Sequence record: SRR2962707_3351
DNA length: 40,407 bases
Direction: 5' to 3' (one strand)
Under the pieces are notes generated by a model. That model saw only the letters and a program-made list of their open reading frames with translations. It had not been told where the DNA came from and did not search any database. Positions 9,443-19,741 of the stretch are shown here, in pieces. The position numbers and the translations under genes were made by a program. Position 1 is the first letter of the stretch, and the number at the start of each line of letters is the position of its first letter.

Positions 9443-10264
9443 ATGACGCGCGAATTGGATCAAAAACAAGCTTTTCAGACACATTGCTTGGCGCAGATGG
9501 GGGTGACCTCATGGTTGTCCGCTCCGAGCGGTGTGGCGGGGACTGTGTTTTACGCGCCTCAGCCTTGGGCGATGGATCAGGCATTTGAGCCCAGCGCAGT
9601 GCCAACCGCGAGTCGGGTTGCGCCGACTCAAGGGTTTGAGTCTGGTTTGCCAGAGCCTATGGCGAAACCAGTCGCGCCAGAAGAAAAAGAGCAGTCGGTG
9701 GCGTATTTGCGCGAGCAATTGAATGCTGGCCCTGAAATCATTGTCGAGGACTTACAACCGATCGAAGAGCTGGCCGTCGATATCGATGTCCCCGTCCATG
9801 TTGCGCCGCTAACCTCATCGATCACTCACATTGAGTTAAGAGCCTACGCGCTCGCCAATCAGTTACTGATCGTGAGCGAAGTGCCTGTGTCTTTCTCGCA
9901 GCAAGAAGACATTGACCGTTTGGCGGTTAAAATGGGGCAGGCACTATTAAAAACACCGATTGAAGAATGGACGAGTCGTGGTTTGTCTTGGCCTGGTGCC
10001 TTGCGAAATCCTCACTTTTTAACACGACAAGATTGGCTGTTAGGCGCGCTCGAGCGTTTTATTATAGGGCTTACATCGACCTTTACTGGCACGCCAAAAG
10101 TGGTGCTGGCAGGCGATAATATCGCCACACTTTTTGACGAACTGCCAGCAGAGTGCGAACTAAAAGCCTTCCCTGTGGCACGCATTGTGAGTCTGCCTGA
10201 GCTGTTCCGTATTCCTGAGTTACGCAAAGACGCTTGGCAAATTATGCAGCGTGCCTTGTTTTAA
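9443..10264 (+). CDS. Probable long-form DNA polymerase III psi subunit (HolD-like, Pseudomonas type)
   Basis: N-terminal LAQMGVTSW resembles the psi LxxxGIxxW motif; Pro/Glu-rich linker; C-terminal SLPELFRIPELRKDAWQ; lies directly upstream of rimI, the holD position. Confidence 0.6.
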   Translation: MTRELDQKQAFQTHCLAQMGVTSWLSAPSGVAGTVFYAPQPWAMDQAFEPSAVPTASRVAPTQGFESGLPEPMAKPVAPEEKEQSVAYLREQLNAGPEIIVEDLQPIEELAVDIDVPVHVAPLTSSITHIELRAYALANQLLIVSEVPVSFSQQEDIDRLAVKMGQALLKTPIEEWTSRGLSWPGALRNPHFLTRQDWLLGALERFIIGLTSTFTGTPKVVLAGDNIATLFDELPAECELKAFPVARIVSLPELFRIPELRKDAWQIMQRALF

Positions 10265-10351
10265 TGCTTTTGTATTCGCCCTTCTGTTCGTAGCAGCGGG
10301 CGTTACTCGGAGTTGTCTCACCTTTTATTTTATAACGGAAATCATTCAGTC

Positions 10352-10831
10352 ATGGCCTCGTTTCTTATTCGCCACGCCACACTCGACGATCTCAACGCCA
10401 TTGTGCAGCTTGATCAAGGATCAAATCCTCATCCTTGGAATGCATCGCTGATTGAAGAGGCGCTTATGTCACGCGCTAACTGGGTCATCGAAGCGACGCT
10501 AGAAGCAGATGACACCATCGCGCAGAAAGATGAAACCGCATTGCTTGGCTGGCTGACCGCGTCTTTATTGTTCGAGCAATCGGAGCTTGAGCTTATCGTG
10601 GTGGATCGGGCGCAACGTCGCCAAGGTTTCGCGAAGCAGCTGTTGTCCGCTTGGACGGAAGAAATGGCGAGCAAAGGGGTGGTGGAATACCTATTAGAAG
10701 TACGCGAGTCTAATCTGGGCGCCATCCAGCTTTATCGTTCGCTAGGTTTTGAGGAAGTAGGGCGCCGCAAAAATTATTATGTGACAGATCAAGGTAAAGA
10801 AGCCGCGTGTTTGTTTACCTTAAGCGTCTAA
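10352..10831 (+). CDS. rimI: Ribosomal protein S18 N-acetyltransferase
   Basis: HPW, QRRQGFA, LEVRESNLGAIQLYRSLGF, GRRKNYY. ATG 10352 preferred. Confidence 0.9.
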   Translation: MASFLIRHATLDDLNAIVQLDQGSNPHPWNASLIEEALMSRANWVIEATLEADDTIAQKDETALLGWLTASLLFEQSELELIVVDRAQRRQGFAKQLLSAWTEEMASKGVVEYLLEVRESNLGAIQLYRSLGFEEVGRRKNYYVTDQGKEAACLFTLSV

Positions 10832-10894
10832 AAGTAGGCGCACGCCCTGTTAAATCTCATTGAATAGCACAAACAGAAAATAAGGAATCATATT

Positions 10895-11446
10895 ATGAGT
10901 CAGGTATTAGTCCCTATTGCCAATGGTAATGAAGACATTGAAGCCATCACTATTATTGATGTGCTGCGCCGTGGCGGTGTTGAAGTGACCGTTGCCAGTG
11001 TTCACGAGGTGAAAAACATCACAGGTGCCAATGGCTGTAAAATTGAAGCCGATGTACTACTAACCGACGTGGCTGATGTGCAATACGATGCGATTGTTCT
11101 TCCCGGCGGCATGCCAGGGGCTGAGCATTTACGCGATTGCGAGTTGTTAATCGATATGCTGGAAAAACATGATATTCAAGATGCTTTGTTGTGTGCGATA
11201 TGTGCTTCTCCTGCCGTAGTGTTTGGGACCCATGGTTTTGTCGTAGACAAACAAGCAACCTGTTACCCAGGATTTGAGTCTGGTTTGACGGGCGCGCAAT
11301 ACATGGCGGATCAACCGGTCGTTATGGATGATAATATTATTACTGGGCAAGGACCGGCCGCTGCCATGACGTTTTCGTTGGCGGTATTGGCGAACCTAAA
11401 TGGATATGAAAGCGCTCAAGAAGTAGCCAATGGTCTTTTGTGTTAA
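10895..11446 (+). CDS. DJ-1/YajL (ThiJ) family glyoxalase/deglycase
   Basis: EDIEA, DVLRRGG, LPGGMPGA, AICASP (catalytic Cys), ATCYPG, TGQGP. Confidence 0.92.
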   Translation: MSQVLVPIANGNEDIEAITIIDVLRRGGVEVTVASVHEVKNITGANGCKIEADVLLTDVADVQYDAIVLPGGMPGAEHLRDCELLIDMLEKHDIQDALLCAICASPAVVFGTHGFVVDKQATCYPGFESGLTGAQYMADQPVVMDDNIITGQGPAAAMTFSLAVLANLNGYESAQEVANGLLC

Positions 11447-11637
11447 TAGATTGTGGTGGAATAGTTATTCTTGACCAAAAAGTCAATTAAAATCAGCCCT
11501 AAAGCCATACTTTTTCCGTATTTGGGCGGCTTTGCGGTGGACGCTCACGGCGTATAAGAGTAAAATTGGGCAGATTTTTTGAACGCGAGATCTATTGGCA
11601 ATTGATCAATAGATGAACGGCAAAAACGCAATTTCTT

Positions 11638-11673
11638 AAAAGCGAGATGAGCCGATGGTTCTCTCGCTTTTTT
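11638..11673 (+). promoter_or_regulatory. Terminator hairpin in the carA 5' leader (candidate attenuator)
   Basis: AAAAGCGAGA-TGAGCC-GAT-GGTTC-TCTCGCTTTTTT, about 32 nt before the carA TTG and downstream of a TAAAAT -10-like hexamer at 11560-11565. Confidence 0.7.
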
Positions 11674-11705
11674 GCAACCTGATAGGCTCTAAACGGGAGG
11701 TTCCT

Positions 11706-12836
11706 TTGGCAACATCAGCGATTCTGGCTCTGGAAGACGGCACTGTATTTAAAGGGGTGTCGATCGGAGCGGATGGCTCCTCAACAGCCGAAGTGGTTTT
11801 CAACACTTCGATGACTGGTTATCAAGAAATTCTTACAGATCCTTCCTATGCTCGACAAATGGTCACTTTGACCTATCCCCATATTGGGAATACTGGCGTT
11901 AACTCTGAAGATGAAGAATCCAACAATGTCTGGTGTGAAGGTTTGATCATTCGTGATCTTCCTTTAGTTGCTAGCAGCTGGCGTTCAGAAGAGTCGTTAG
12001 ACTCTTATCTAAAACGCAAAGGCGTAGTGGGCATCGCTGACATTGATACGCGTAAATTGACTCGTATTCTACGAGAAAAAGGCGCGCAAGCGGGTTGCAT
12101 CATGGCAGGTGAGAACCTAGATGAAGCAGCAGCGATTGCCGCAGCGAAAGGTTTTCCTGGCCTAAAAGGCATGGATTTAGCGAAAGAAGTGTCTGCGAAA
12201 GAGTCTTACCAGTGGACCGAGTCAACTTGGGATCTGGTAAAAGGTCATACCACGCCTGAATCATTCGACTTCCACGTTGTGGCTTATGACTTTGGTGTGA
12301 AGCAAAACATTTTGCGCATGTTGGTTGAGCGCGGCTGCCGTCTAACGGTTGTGCCTGCACAAACACCAGCAAGTGACGTGCTTGCCTTGAATCCAGATGG
12401 CGTTTTCCTTTCTAACGGCCCTGGTGACCCAGAGCCATGTGATTACGCGATTCAAGCGATCAAAGAGATCCTAGAAACAGACATTCCTGTTTTTGGTATC
12501 TGTCTTGGTCATCAGCTATTGGCCTTGGCCTCTGGCGCGAAAACGAAGAAAATGAAATTTGGTCACCACGGCGCTAACCATCCAGTACAAGCCATTGAAA
12601 AAGGCACTGTGATGATTACTAGCCAGAACCACGGTTTCGCGGTAGATGAAGATACTTTGCCTGCCAATCTTAAGATGACGCACAAATCCTTGTTCGATGG
12701 TTCTTTGCAGGGGATTTCCCGTACTGATAAGAGCGCGTTCAGCTTCCAAGGTCACCCGGAAGCGAGCCCAGGGCCGCACGACGTTGCGCCACTGTTTGAT
12801 CAGTTCATCGAAAACATCAAAGCCACCAAAGCCTGA
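11706..12836 (+). CDS. carA: Carbamoyl-phosphate synthase small subunit
   Basis: [48 protein letters not shown] start 5 nt after GGGAGG. Confidence 0.98.
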   Translation: MATSAILALEDGTVFKGVSIGADGSSTAEVVFNTSMTGYQEILTDPSYARQMVTLTYPHIGNTGVNSEDEESNNVWCEGLIIRDLPLVASSWRSEESLDSYLKRKGVVGIADIDTRKLTRILREKGAQAGCIMAGENLDEAAAIAAAKGFPGLKGMDLAKEVSAKESYQWTESTWDLVKGHTTPESFDFHVVAYDFGVKQNILRMLVERGCRLTVVPAQTPASDVLALNPDGVFLSNGPGDPEPCDYAIQAIKEILETDIPVFGICLGHQLLALASGAKTKKMKFGHHGANHPVQAIEKGTVMITSQNHGFAVDEDTLPANLKMTHKSLFDGSLQGISRTDKSAFSFQGHPEASPGPHDVAPLFDQFIENIKATKA

Positions 12837-12852
12837 GCAGGAACGAAATACT

Positions 12853-15800
12853 ATGCCAAAGCGTACTGACATAAAAAGCGTCTTAATTTTGGGTGCAGGT
12901 CCTATCGTTATCGGTCAGGCCTGTGAATTTGACTATTCTGGTGCTCAAGCGTGTAAAGCGCTGCGCGAAGAAGGTTTCCGCGTCATTCTAGTGAACTCTA
13001 ACCCAGCCACTATCATGACCGACCCTGTGATGGCGGATTCAACGTACATCGAGCCGATCGAATGGCAAACCGTTGAAAAAATCATCGAGAAAGAGCGTCC
13101 AGATGCTGTGCTACCAACCATGGGTGGCCAAACGGCGCTGAACTGTGCGTTGGATCTTGAGCGTCATGGCGTACTAGAAAAATACAATGTTGAAATGATT
13201 GGTGCGACGGCGGATGCCATCGACAAAGCGGAAGACCGTAATCGTTTCGACCAAGCAATGAAAGCCATTGGTCTTGAATGTCCGCGTGCCGGCATTGCAC
13301 ACAGCATGGAAGAAGCATTGCAAGTTCAATCAGAGCTTGGCTTCCCTTGTATCATTCGACCTTCTTTCACCATGGGCGGCACCGGTGGCGGTATCGCGTA
13401 CAACATGGAAGAGTTTGAAGAAATTTGTACTCGTGGTTTGGACTTGTCGCCAACCAACGAATTGCTAATCGATGAATCTTTGATCGGTTGGAAAGAGTAC
13501 GAGATGGAAGTTGTCCGTGACAAAAAAGACAACTGCATCATTGTTTGTGCGATCGAAAACTTCGACGCAATGGGGGTTCACACTGGTGACTCCATTACGG
13601 TTGCGCCAGCACAAACTCTAACAGACAAAGAATACCAAATCATGCGTAACGCTTCTTTAGCGGTATTGCGTGAGATTGGTGTTGAGACTGGTGGTTCAAA
13701 CGTACAGTTTGGTATGGATCCGAAAACAGGCCGTTTGGTTGTTATCGAGATGAACCCACGTGTGTCTCGTTCTTCTGCCTTGGCATCCAAAGCGACGGGT
13801 TTCCCTATCGCGAAAATCGCAGCGAAATTGGCGATTGGTTACACCCTAGACGAATTGCAAAACGACATCACTGGCGGTCAAACACCAGCGAGCTTCGAGC
13901 CAGCAATTGACTACGTTGTGACTAAGATCCCACGTTTCACATTCGAAAAATTCCCAACAGCGAACGATCGCCTAACGACGCAAATGAAGTCGGTTGGTGA
14001 GGTGATGGCGATTGGCCGTACTTTCCAAGAGTCTTTGCAAAAGGCATTGCGCGGTTTGGAAGTGGGCGCGGATGGCTTTAATCCTCAATTGGATTTCGCA
14101 GAAGAAAACAGCAAAGAAAAACTGGCGTATGAGCTTCAAAACCCAGGTGCAGACCGCATTTGGTACATTGGCGATGCGTTCCGTTCTGGCATGACAATCG
14201 ATGAGATTTACGCGGTGACTGGCGTTGATCATTGGTTCCTAGTTCAGATCGAAGACTTGATCAAAGAAGAAGCGGGTCTGGCTGACAAAGGTCTCGTCGA
14301 CATGACTTACGACGTGATGCGTCGTTTGAAACGCAAAGGCTTCTCTGACTCACGTCTAGCGAGCTTGTTGCAAGTGACTGAGAAGTCATTGCGTGAGCGT
14401 CGTTACTTGGTTGACGTGCATCCTGTCTACAAGCGTGTTGATACTTGTGCGGCTGAATTCGCAACCAACACAGCGTACATGTACTCCACTTATGAAGATG
14501 AGTGTGAAGCGGCGCCAACAGACAAAGAAAAAATCATCATTCTAGGTGGTGGTCCAAACCGTATCGGTCAAGGTATCGAGTTTGATTACTGCTGTGTACA
14601 CGCGGCGCTAGGCTTACGCGAAGCGGGCTACGAAACCATCATGGTGAACTGTAACCCAGAAACCGTTTCTACCGATTACGATACCTCGGATCGTTTGTAC
14701 TTCGAACCAGTTACTCTGGAAGATGTGCTTGAAATCGTTCGCAAAGAAAAACCAAAAGGTGTCATCGTTCAGTTCGGTGGTCAAACACCACTGAAAATTG
14801 CTCGTGCCTTGCAAAATGAAGGCGTGCCTATCATTGGTACGACGCCAGAAGCGATTGACCGTGCAGAAGACCGTGAGCGTTTCCAAAGCATGATTCAGCG
14901 CTTGGGTTACAAACAGCCGCATAATGCGACCGTTCGTAGCGTTGACCAAGCCGCAATGAAAGCCGCTGAAATCGGTTACCCTCTAGTGGTTCGCCCATCT
15001 TATGTACTGGGTGGACGCGCAATGGAAATCGTGTATAACGAAAAAGAATTGATGCGCTACATGACCACGGCTGTGAAAGTGTCAAACGACAGCCCAGTGT
15101 TGTTGGATCACTTCTTGAATGCGGCGATTGAGATCGATATCGACTGTATCAGTGATGGTAATCAAGTGGTTATCGGCGGCATCATGCAGCATATCGAACA
15201 AGCGGGTGTTCACTCTGGTGACTCTGCGTGTTCTTTGCCTCCTTACTCATTGCCTGCGAATGTTCAAGATGACATCCGCGAAATGATTAAAAACATGGCG
15301 CTTGAGCTTGGTGTTATCGGTTTGATGAACACTCAGCTTGCTGTACAAGATGGCGAAATCTATGTGATCGAGGTAAACCCTCGTGCCTCACGTACTGTAC
15401 CGTTTGTTTCTAAGTGCATCGGCCGCTCTTTAGCGCAAGTCGCGGCATTGGTTATGTCTGGTAAAACGCTAGCAGAGCTTGGTTTCACAAGTGAAATCAT
15501 TCCTTCTTACTACAGCGTGAAAGAAGCGGTCTTCCCGTTCAATAAATTCCAAGGTGTTGACCCTATTCTTGGCCCTGAAATGAAATCGACTGGTGAAGTC
15601 ATGGGGGTTGGCGATACGTTCGCTGAAGCCTTTGGCAAAGCGGTTCTAGGTGGTGGTACTGTGTTGCCAACGTCTGGACGTGCCTTTATCAGTGTTCGTG
15701 ACATGGACAAAGAAGGGGCGGTTGACGTAGCGCGTCGTCTTTCTGAGCTAGGTTTTGATATCGTTGGTACCGAAGGTACTGCGAAATACTTAGCAGAGCA

Positions 15801-16068
15801 TGGCGTAGCGGTAAATAAAGTCAACAAGGTGAATGAAGGTCGTCCACACATTGTCGATATGCTGAAAAATGGTGAAATTGATTATATTATCAACACTACT
15901 TCCGGCACTCAGGCAATTGCTGACTCTTCGGTCATTCGCCGCACAGCATTGCAGCGCAAGGTTTGTTACACTACTACATTGGCCGGCGCTGAAGCGACTA
16001 GCATGGCGATCAGCTTGAAGGGTGAAACCAAAGTTAGAAGACTGCAAGATTTGCACTTGGGGAAATAA
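12853..16068 (+). CDS. carB: Carbamoyl-phosphate synthase large subunit
   Basis: Starts [19 protein letters not shown]; two ATP-grasp halves; MGS domain. Confidence 0.99.
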   Translation: MPKRTDIKSVLILGAGPIVIGQACEFDYSGAQACKALREEGFRVILVNSNPATIMTDPVMADSTYIEPIEWQTVEKIIEKERPDAVLPTMGGQTALNCALDLERHGVLEKYNVEMIGATADAIDKAEDRNRFDQAMKAIGLECPRAGIAHSMEEALQVQSELGFPCIIRPSFTMGGTGGGIAYNMEEFEEICTRGLDLSPTNELLIDESLIGWKEYEMEVVRDKKDNCIIVCAIENFDAMGVHTGDSITVAPAQTLTDKEYQIMRNASLAVLREIGVETGGSNVQFGMDPKTGRLVVIEMNPRVSRSSALASKATGFPIAKIAAKLAIGYTLDELQNDITGGQTPASFEPAIDYVVTKIPRFTFEKFPTANDRLTTQMKSVGEVMAIGRTFQESLQKALRGLEVGADGFNPQLDFAEENSKEKLAYELQNPGADRIWYIGDAFRSGMTIDEIYAVTGVDHWFLVQIEDLIKEEAGLADKGLVDMTYDVMRRLKRKGFSDSRLASLLQVTEKSLRERRYLVDVHPVYKRVDTCAAEFATNTAYMYSTYEDECEAAPTDKEKIIILGGGPNRIGQGIEFDYCCVHAALGLREAGYETIMVNCNPETVSTDYDTSDRLYFEPVTLEDVLEIVRKEKPKGVIVQFGGQTPLKIARALQNEGVPIIGTTPEAIDRAEDRERFQSMIQRLGYKQPHNATVRSVDQAAMKAAEIGYPLVVRPSYVLGGRAMEIVYNEKELMRYMTTAVKVSNDSPVLLDHFLNAAIEIDIDCISDGNQVVIGGIMQHIEQAGVHSGDSACSLPPYSLPANVQDDIREMIKNMALELGVIGLMNTQLAVQDGEIYVIEVNPRASRTVPFVSKCIGRSLAQVAALVMSGKTLAELGFTSEIIPSYYSVKEAVFPFNKFQGVDPILGPEMKSTGEVMGVGDTFAEAFGKAVLGGGTVLPTSGRAFISVRDMDKEGAVDVARRLSELGFDIVGTEGTAKYLAEHGVAVNKVNKVNEGRPHIVDMLKNGEIDYIINTTSGTQAIADSSVIRRTALQRKVCYTTTLAGAEATSMAISLKGETKVRRLQDLHLGK

Positions 16069-16544
16069 TGAAAAAAGTACCAATGACGGTAGAAGGTGAA
16101 GCTAGCTTACGCGAAGAGCTAAATCACCTTAAAACCGTAGTTCGTCCACGAGTGATTGCTGATATTGCAACCGCTCGTGAACACGGCGATTTAAAAGAAA
16201 ATGCGGAATATCACGCTGCACGTGAAGAACAGGGATTTGCTGAAGGTCGTATTAAAGAGATCGAAGGCAAGCTGTCTGATTCGCAAGTTATCGACGTGAA
16301 ATCTGTACCTGCTTCTGGCAAAGTGATTTTCGGTACTACCGTGACACTTTTCAATGTGGATACAGAAGCAACGGTAACCTACAAAATCGTAGGGGATGAC
16401 GAAGCAGACGTGAAGTTGAAGAAGATTTCTTACGCTTCACCAATCGCGAAAGCCATCATTGGGAAAGAAGAGGGTGATGAAGTCCTTGTTAAAATTCCAA
16501 GCGGTGAAGCAACGTATGAGATCGAAAAAGTCGAATACATTTAA
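16068..16544 (+). CDS. greA: Transcription elongation factor GreA
   Basis: [31 protein letters not shown] overlap with carB. Confidence 0.98.
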   Translation: MKKVPMTVEGEASLREELNHLKTVVRPRVIADIATAREHGDLKENAEYHAAREEQGFAEGRIKEIEGKLSDSQVIDVKSVPASGKVIFGTTVTLFNVDTEATVTYKIVGDDEADVKLKKISYASPIAKAIIGKEEGDEVLVKIPSGEATYEIEKVEYI

Positions 16545-16571
16545 TCTGTATTAGGCTCATAGCTTCTCTTT

Positions 16572-16607
16572 AAAAAGGCCACGGTGTGAAAACATCGTGG
16601 CCTTTTT
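16572..16607 (+). terminator. Terminator of the carAB-greA operon
   Basis: AAAAAGGCCACGGTGT-GAAA-ACATCGTGGCCTTTTT. Confidence 0.85.
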
Positions 16608-16742
16608 GTGTATCTAACGAGAACGTAGATTATTAACAAAAAACTTAAAGAGTTTAGTCTTTATGCCTAATTATCAATGTATAGTGATGTATTTATAATG
16701 GCTCCAATTCGTTATTACCCTTATGACTCGTTGGAGAAGATG

Positions 16743-17400
16743 ATGGCTCACCAAATTATTCAAGACTTGAACAACCGCTATACGGCTAAAAAATACGATG
16801 CGGATAAGCGCATTTCGCCTGAAAACTTGGATGTGATTAAAGAAGCGATCCGCTTGTCAGCTTCTTCGATCAACTCTCAGCCATGGAAATTTGTTTTGGT
16901 AGAAAGTGATGAAGGTAAACAGCGTTTACATGATACTTATTGCCAATAAACATCAGTTCAATCAACTGCATGCGAAAGAAGCCTCACATACTTTATTACT
17001 GGCATACGATCCTGCGTTTACCAAAGACAAATTTAGAAAACGTGTAGACGCTGAAGTAAGCTCAGGTCACCTGCCTGCTGAAATGTACGATACCTTCATG
17101 GGCGCTTATGCATTCGCTGAAATGAACACGGATGAAGCAGGTAATAACGCGAGCTGGACTAAAGCACAGGTCTACTTAGCATTAGGAAACATACTGCACA
17201 CTCTAGCGCGCCTAGGTATTGCCTCTACGCCAATGGAAGGTGTTGATCCTGACTTGATTGGCGAAAAATTTGCAGCAGAATTAGACGGTCATGTGTGTGA
17301 AGTAGCCTTGGCAATGGGTTACCACAAAGACGGCGACGACTGGAACCACGGTCTACCAAAAGCCCGCCTAGCGATGGACGATATTATCGCTACAGCCTAA
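16743..17400 (+). pseudogene. NfsB/FRase I-like nitroreductase split by a +1 frameshift near 16939 (real pseudogene or sequencing error)
   Basis: ORF 16677-16949 carries RYTAKKYD and SASSINSQPWKF; ORF 16906-17400 carries QVYLALG and STPMEGVD. Removing one base at about 16939 joins them as HDTFANKHQFNQ. Confidence 0.85.
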
Positions 17401-17431
17401 TCGAACCGTTAGACACTTCTCGCGAATATAG

Positions 17432-17463
17432 AAAGCCATCTTGTGAAAGCAAGGTGGCTTTTT
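17432..17463 (+). terminator. Terminator after the nitroreductase
   Basis: AAAGCCATCTTG-TGAAAG-CAAGGTGGCTTTTT. Confidence 0.8.
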
Positions 17464-17471
17464 GTTTTACT

Positions 17472-17646
17472 ATGAAATACAGCTGGCAGAACCCTGATTG
17501 GCCAAATTTCACCTTTGACGAAACGCAATGCCGAGATGCTTTGTATCAGTACGCGTTAGAGGCTGGTCGCTTGTCTGAATGCAGGGTCCGACTGTTTTGA
17601 AGGTGGCGGCAGAAATACGAGGTATGGGGCGGTGTTACCTGATTAA
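17472..17646 (+). pseudogene. Internally deleted remnant of a Fic-family gene (DUF4172 N-terminus type)
   Basis: ATG 17472 reads MKYSWQNPDWPNFTFDETQCRDALYQYALEAGRL. A shifted frame reads LNAGSDCFEGGGRNTRYGAVLPD-stop. These resemble the two ends of this family. Confidence 0.7.
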
Positions 17647-17680
17647 GGGAGTCCGCTGATCATGTCCTGAGTGTGATTTG

Positions 17681-17733
17681 TTGATTTGCTTTGAGTGTTT
17701 ACTTTATACTCAGTGGTACAGAATTAAGTACAG
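17681..17733 (+). promoter_or_regulatory. yefM-yoeB promoter and operator
   Basis: TTGATT (17681) - 18 nt - TATACT (17705); GTACAG at 17716 and 17728, 12 bp apart. Confidence 0.6.
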
Positions 17734-17743
17734 GAAATAAGTA

Positions 17744-17995
17744 ATGGATGCTATCAGTTATACCACAGCTCGGGCCAACTTAGCGAAGACGATGGCTAAG
17801 GTTTGTGATGATCATTCGCCAGTCATTATTACGCGTAAAAGCGAGAGCCCAGTTGTCATGATGTCGCTAGAAGATTATGAGGCCATGCAAGAGACCACCT
17901 ACTTACTACGTTCACCAGCAAACGCAAGAGTATTGCTGGAATCCATTGCCGAGCTGGAAGCAGGTAAAGGCATTGAAAGAGAATTGATTGAGTGA
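17744..17995 (+). CDS. yefM: Type II antitoxin YefM (Phd family)
   Basis: ISYTTARANLA, DHSPVIITR, MSLEDY...ETTYLLRSPANA. Confidence 0.95.
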   Translation: MDAISYTTARANLAKTMAKVCDDHSPVIITRKSESPVVMMSLEDYEAMQETTYLLRSPANARVLLESIAELEAGKGIERELIE

Positions 17996-18246
17996 AGCTG
18001 ACGTTTTCAACTGCGGCTTGGGATCAGTATCTTTATTGGCAGAGCACGGATAAAAAAGTACTAAAGCGTATTAACTTACTGATTAAAGATATTCAGCGCG
18101 AACCCTATGAAGGGATTGGTAAGCCTGAACCTTTAAAGCATGGTCTTGCGGGCTATTGGTCTCGCCGGATTAATGATGAACACCGAATTGTTTATAAATA
18201 TCAAGACGATGTCATATTGATAGCGCAGCTAAGATATCACTATTAA
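17992..18246 (+). CDS. yoeB: Type II toxin YoeB (Txe/YoeB mRNase)
   Basis: AWDQYLYWQ, GIGKPEPLKH, WSRRINDEHR, terminal RYHY; GTGA overlap with yefM. Confidence 0.95.
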   Translation: MKLTFSTAAWDQYLYWQSTDKKVLKRINLLIKDIQREPYEGIGKPEPLKHGLAGYWSRRINDEHRIVYKYQDDVILIAQLRYHY

Positions 18247-18305
18247 GTCTTCTGTTTGAGTCAGGCTTGATGTTATCTGAGTAGAGTAGCGCCAAGTGAG
18301 CTGAC

Positions 18306-18342
18306 TAAACAAAAACACCGGCCTCGCCGGTGTTTTTGTTTA
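18306..18342. terminator. Bidirectional terminator between yoeB and the P19 gene
   Basis: TAAACAAAAACACCGGC-CTC-GCCGGTGTTTTTGTTTA, a perfect 17-bp inverted repeat. Confidence 0.85.
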
Positions 18343-18364
18343 TAGCGTCTTATTTAAGTAATGG

Positions 18365-18904
18365 TTAAGACTGTGGGTATTTGAATTTAAAATCGACTTT
18401 GAATGGTTTGAACCAAGAGGGTACGCCAGTGGCTTTGTCTACGTGGTGTAAGAAGCCTTTTTCGTCTGGTGCCGTGTATTGAAGGTGGGCAATGTAAGTG
18501 CCTTTGCCTTTAAGCTGTACCGAATGCGCATAGTGTGGACCATCGCCAGCGGTCATTGGCAGCATCTGACCGTATTCCATAAAGCTTGGGTCACCAACTT
18601 TCGTCACGACATAATCTATGCTCATGTAAGGAATCCAAGCGCCATTAGGAAAGCCCCATTGGTTGTCTTGAGTTGCATGCACATCAGATTCGAGATGCAC
18701 TACGTCCTTGCCCATTATCATTGATGCTGGAGAAGGATCAGTCTTAATATCAACTAGATAAGACGAGGCGATTTCCATGCCATCTTTATGGATGGGACCA
18801 CCAACTGGGTATTCTCGGGCGCTTGCGTATTGACTCATGAGGGCGGCGCTGCAAAGTAACGCTGTGAAGGAGAGCGTTTTTTTCACATTATTAGTGAATT
18901 GCAT
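18365..18904 (-). CDS. Periplasmic iron/copper-binding protein, P19/Tp34/FtrA family
   Basis: Signal peptide, then EYPVG, MEIASSY, HLESDVHA, WIPY, PMTAGDGPHY, HVDKATGV. Confidence 0.9.
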   Translation of the reverse strand: MQFTNNVKKTLSFTALLCSAALMSQYASAREYPVGGPIHKDGMEIASSYLVDIKTDPSPASMIMGKDVVHLESDVHATQDNQWGFPNGAWIPYMSIDYVVTKVGDPSFMEYGQMLPMTAGDGPHYAHSVQLKGKGTYIAHLQYTAPDEKGFLHHVDKATGVPSWFKPFKVDFKFKYPQS

Positions 18905-19727
18905 TTAGAGTGTCCTTATTTTGGTTGTGGCTTTGTTTAAGTCGTTGAGTGGTTAGAGAAATAACGCACAAAACGGCACACCAGGTGAGTATTTGCACCC
19001 CCATAGGGGTTGCGGTGTAGCCAATAACAGAATGGGCTAATACACCGCCCCAACCGTTACTGGATAAGAGAAAAGAGCTGTCCCAAACTTGCGAGCCTAA
19101 CTGGGGCAAAAAGCCTATGTTCGCTAGAATACCAACGGCTTGGCTGGATAAACCGGCTGCAATCAAGGATAAAATTATGTTGCTGGACGAAAAAATGTAA
19201 CGCAGAGGAATCATCACTATGCCGCGGTACAGGGAGTAGGTGACTAAAACGCCCAGAGCGGTGCCAAGTAAGCCACCAAGCAGCATGGAATTTTCGGTTA
19301 AACCAGACGATAAAAAGAGGCTGTATAAAAACAGCACCACTTCAGACCCTTCTCGTAATACCGCAATGGCAATCACGATCACAATGGCGAAGCTGCCTTT
19401 TCCTTCCAACAGTAGGCCCTTGATGTTCTGACGACTTTTTTCGGCCATTTCGCGGCCTTTTACCGACATCCAGATGTTTTGCCAAGCGAGCATCAAGGTA
19501 GCAACGGCTAGAATAGACGCGGTAAAAACTTCTTGTCCGTAGCCTGACAGAGAGTCTTCTATTAAGCTGGTGAATTTTGCTAGCAGCACTGCGCCAAGTA
19601 AGCCAAGAACGATGCCAGAGACCACCTGAAGGCGAATGGTTAAGCCTTTACAGGCCGCGGCGACGATGGAAATAATCAATCCAGCTTCGAGTACTTCTCT
19701 AAATACGATGAGTAAAACAGCAACCAT
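18891..19727 (-). CDS. FTR1-family iron permease (FtrC/EfeU-like)
   Basis: Two RExxE motifs (REVLE, REGSE); multiple TM segments; QVWDSSFLL. Confidence 0.92.
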   Translation of the reverse strand: MVAVLLIVFREVLEAGLIISIVAAACKGLTIRLQVVSGIVLGLLGAVLLAKFTSLIEDSLSGYGQEVFTASILAVATLMLAWQNIWMSVKGREMAEKSRQNIKGLLLEGKGSFAIVIVIAIAVLREGSEVVLFLYSLFLSSGLTENSMLLGGLLGTALGVLVTYSLYRGIVMIPLRYIFSSSNIILSLIAAGLSSQAVGILANIGFLPQLGSQVWDSSFLLSSNGWGGVLAHSVIGYTATPMGVQILTWCAVLCVISLTTQRLKQSHNQNKDTLNAIH

Positions 19728-19741
19728 GCCTGCGGGTGTCC

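Noticed and set aside
12697-12852. N-terminal extension of CarB in the ORF track (likewise the carA 11655, pepA 33020, dksA 29585 and lptF 33032 starts)
   Set aside because: The extensions overlap neighbouring genes or leaders; family N-termini and SD positions support the downstream starts.
16920-16950. Programmed ribosomal frameshift in the nitroreductase
   Set aside because: No recognisable slippery run, and I know of no precedent in this family; mutation or sequencing error is simpler.
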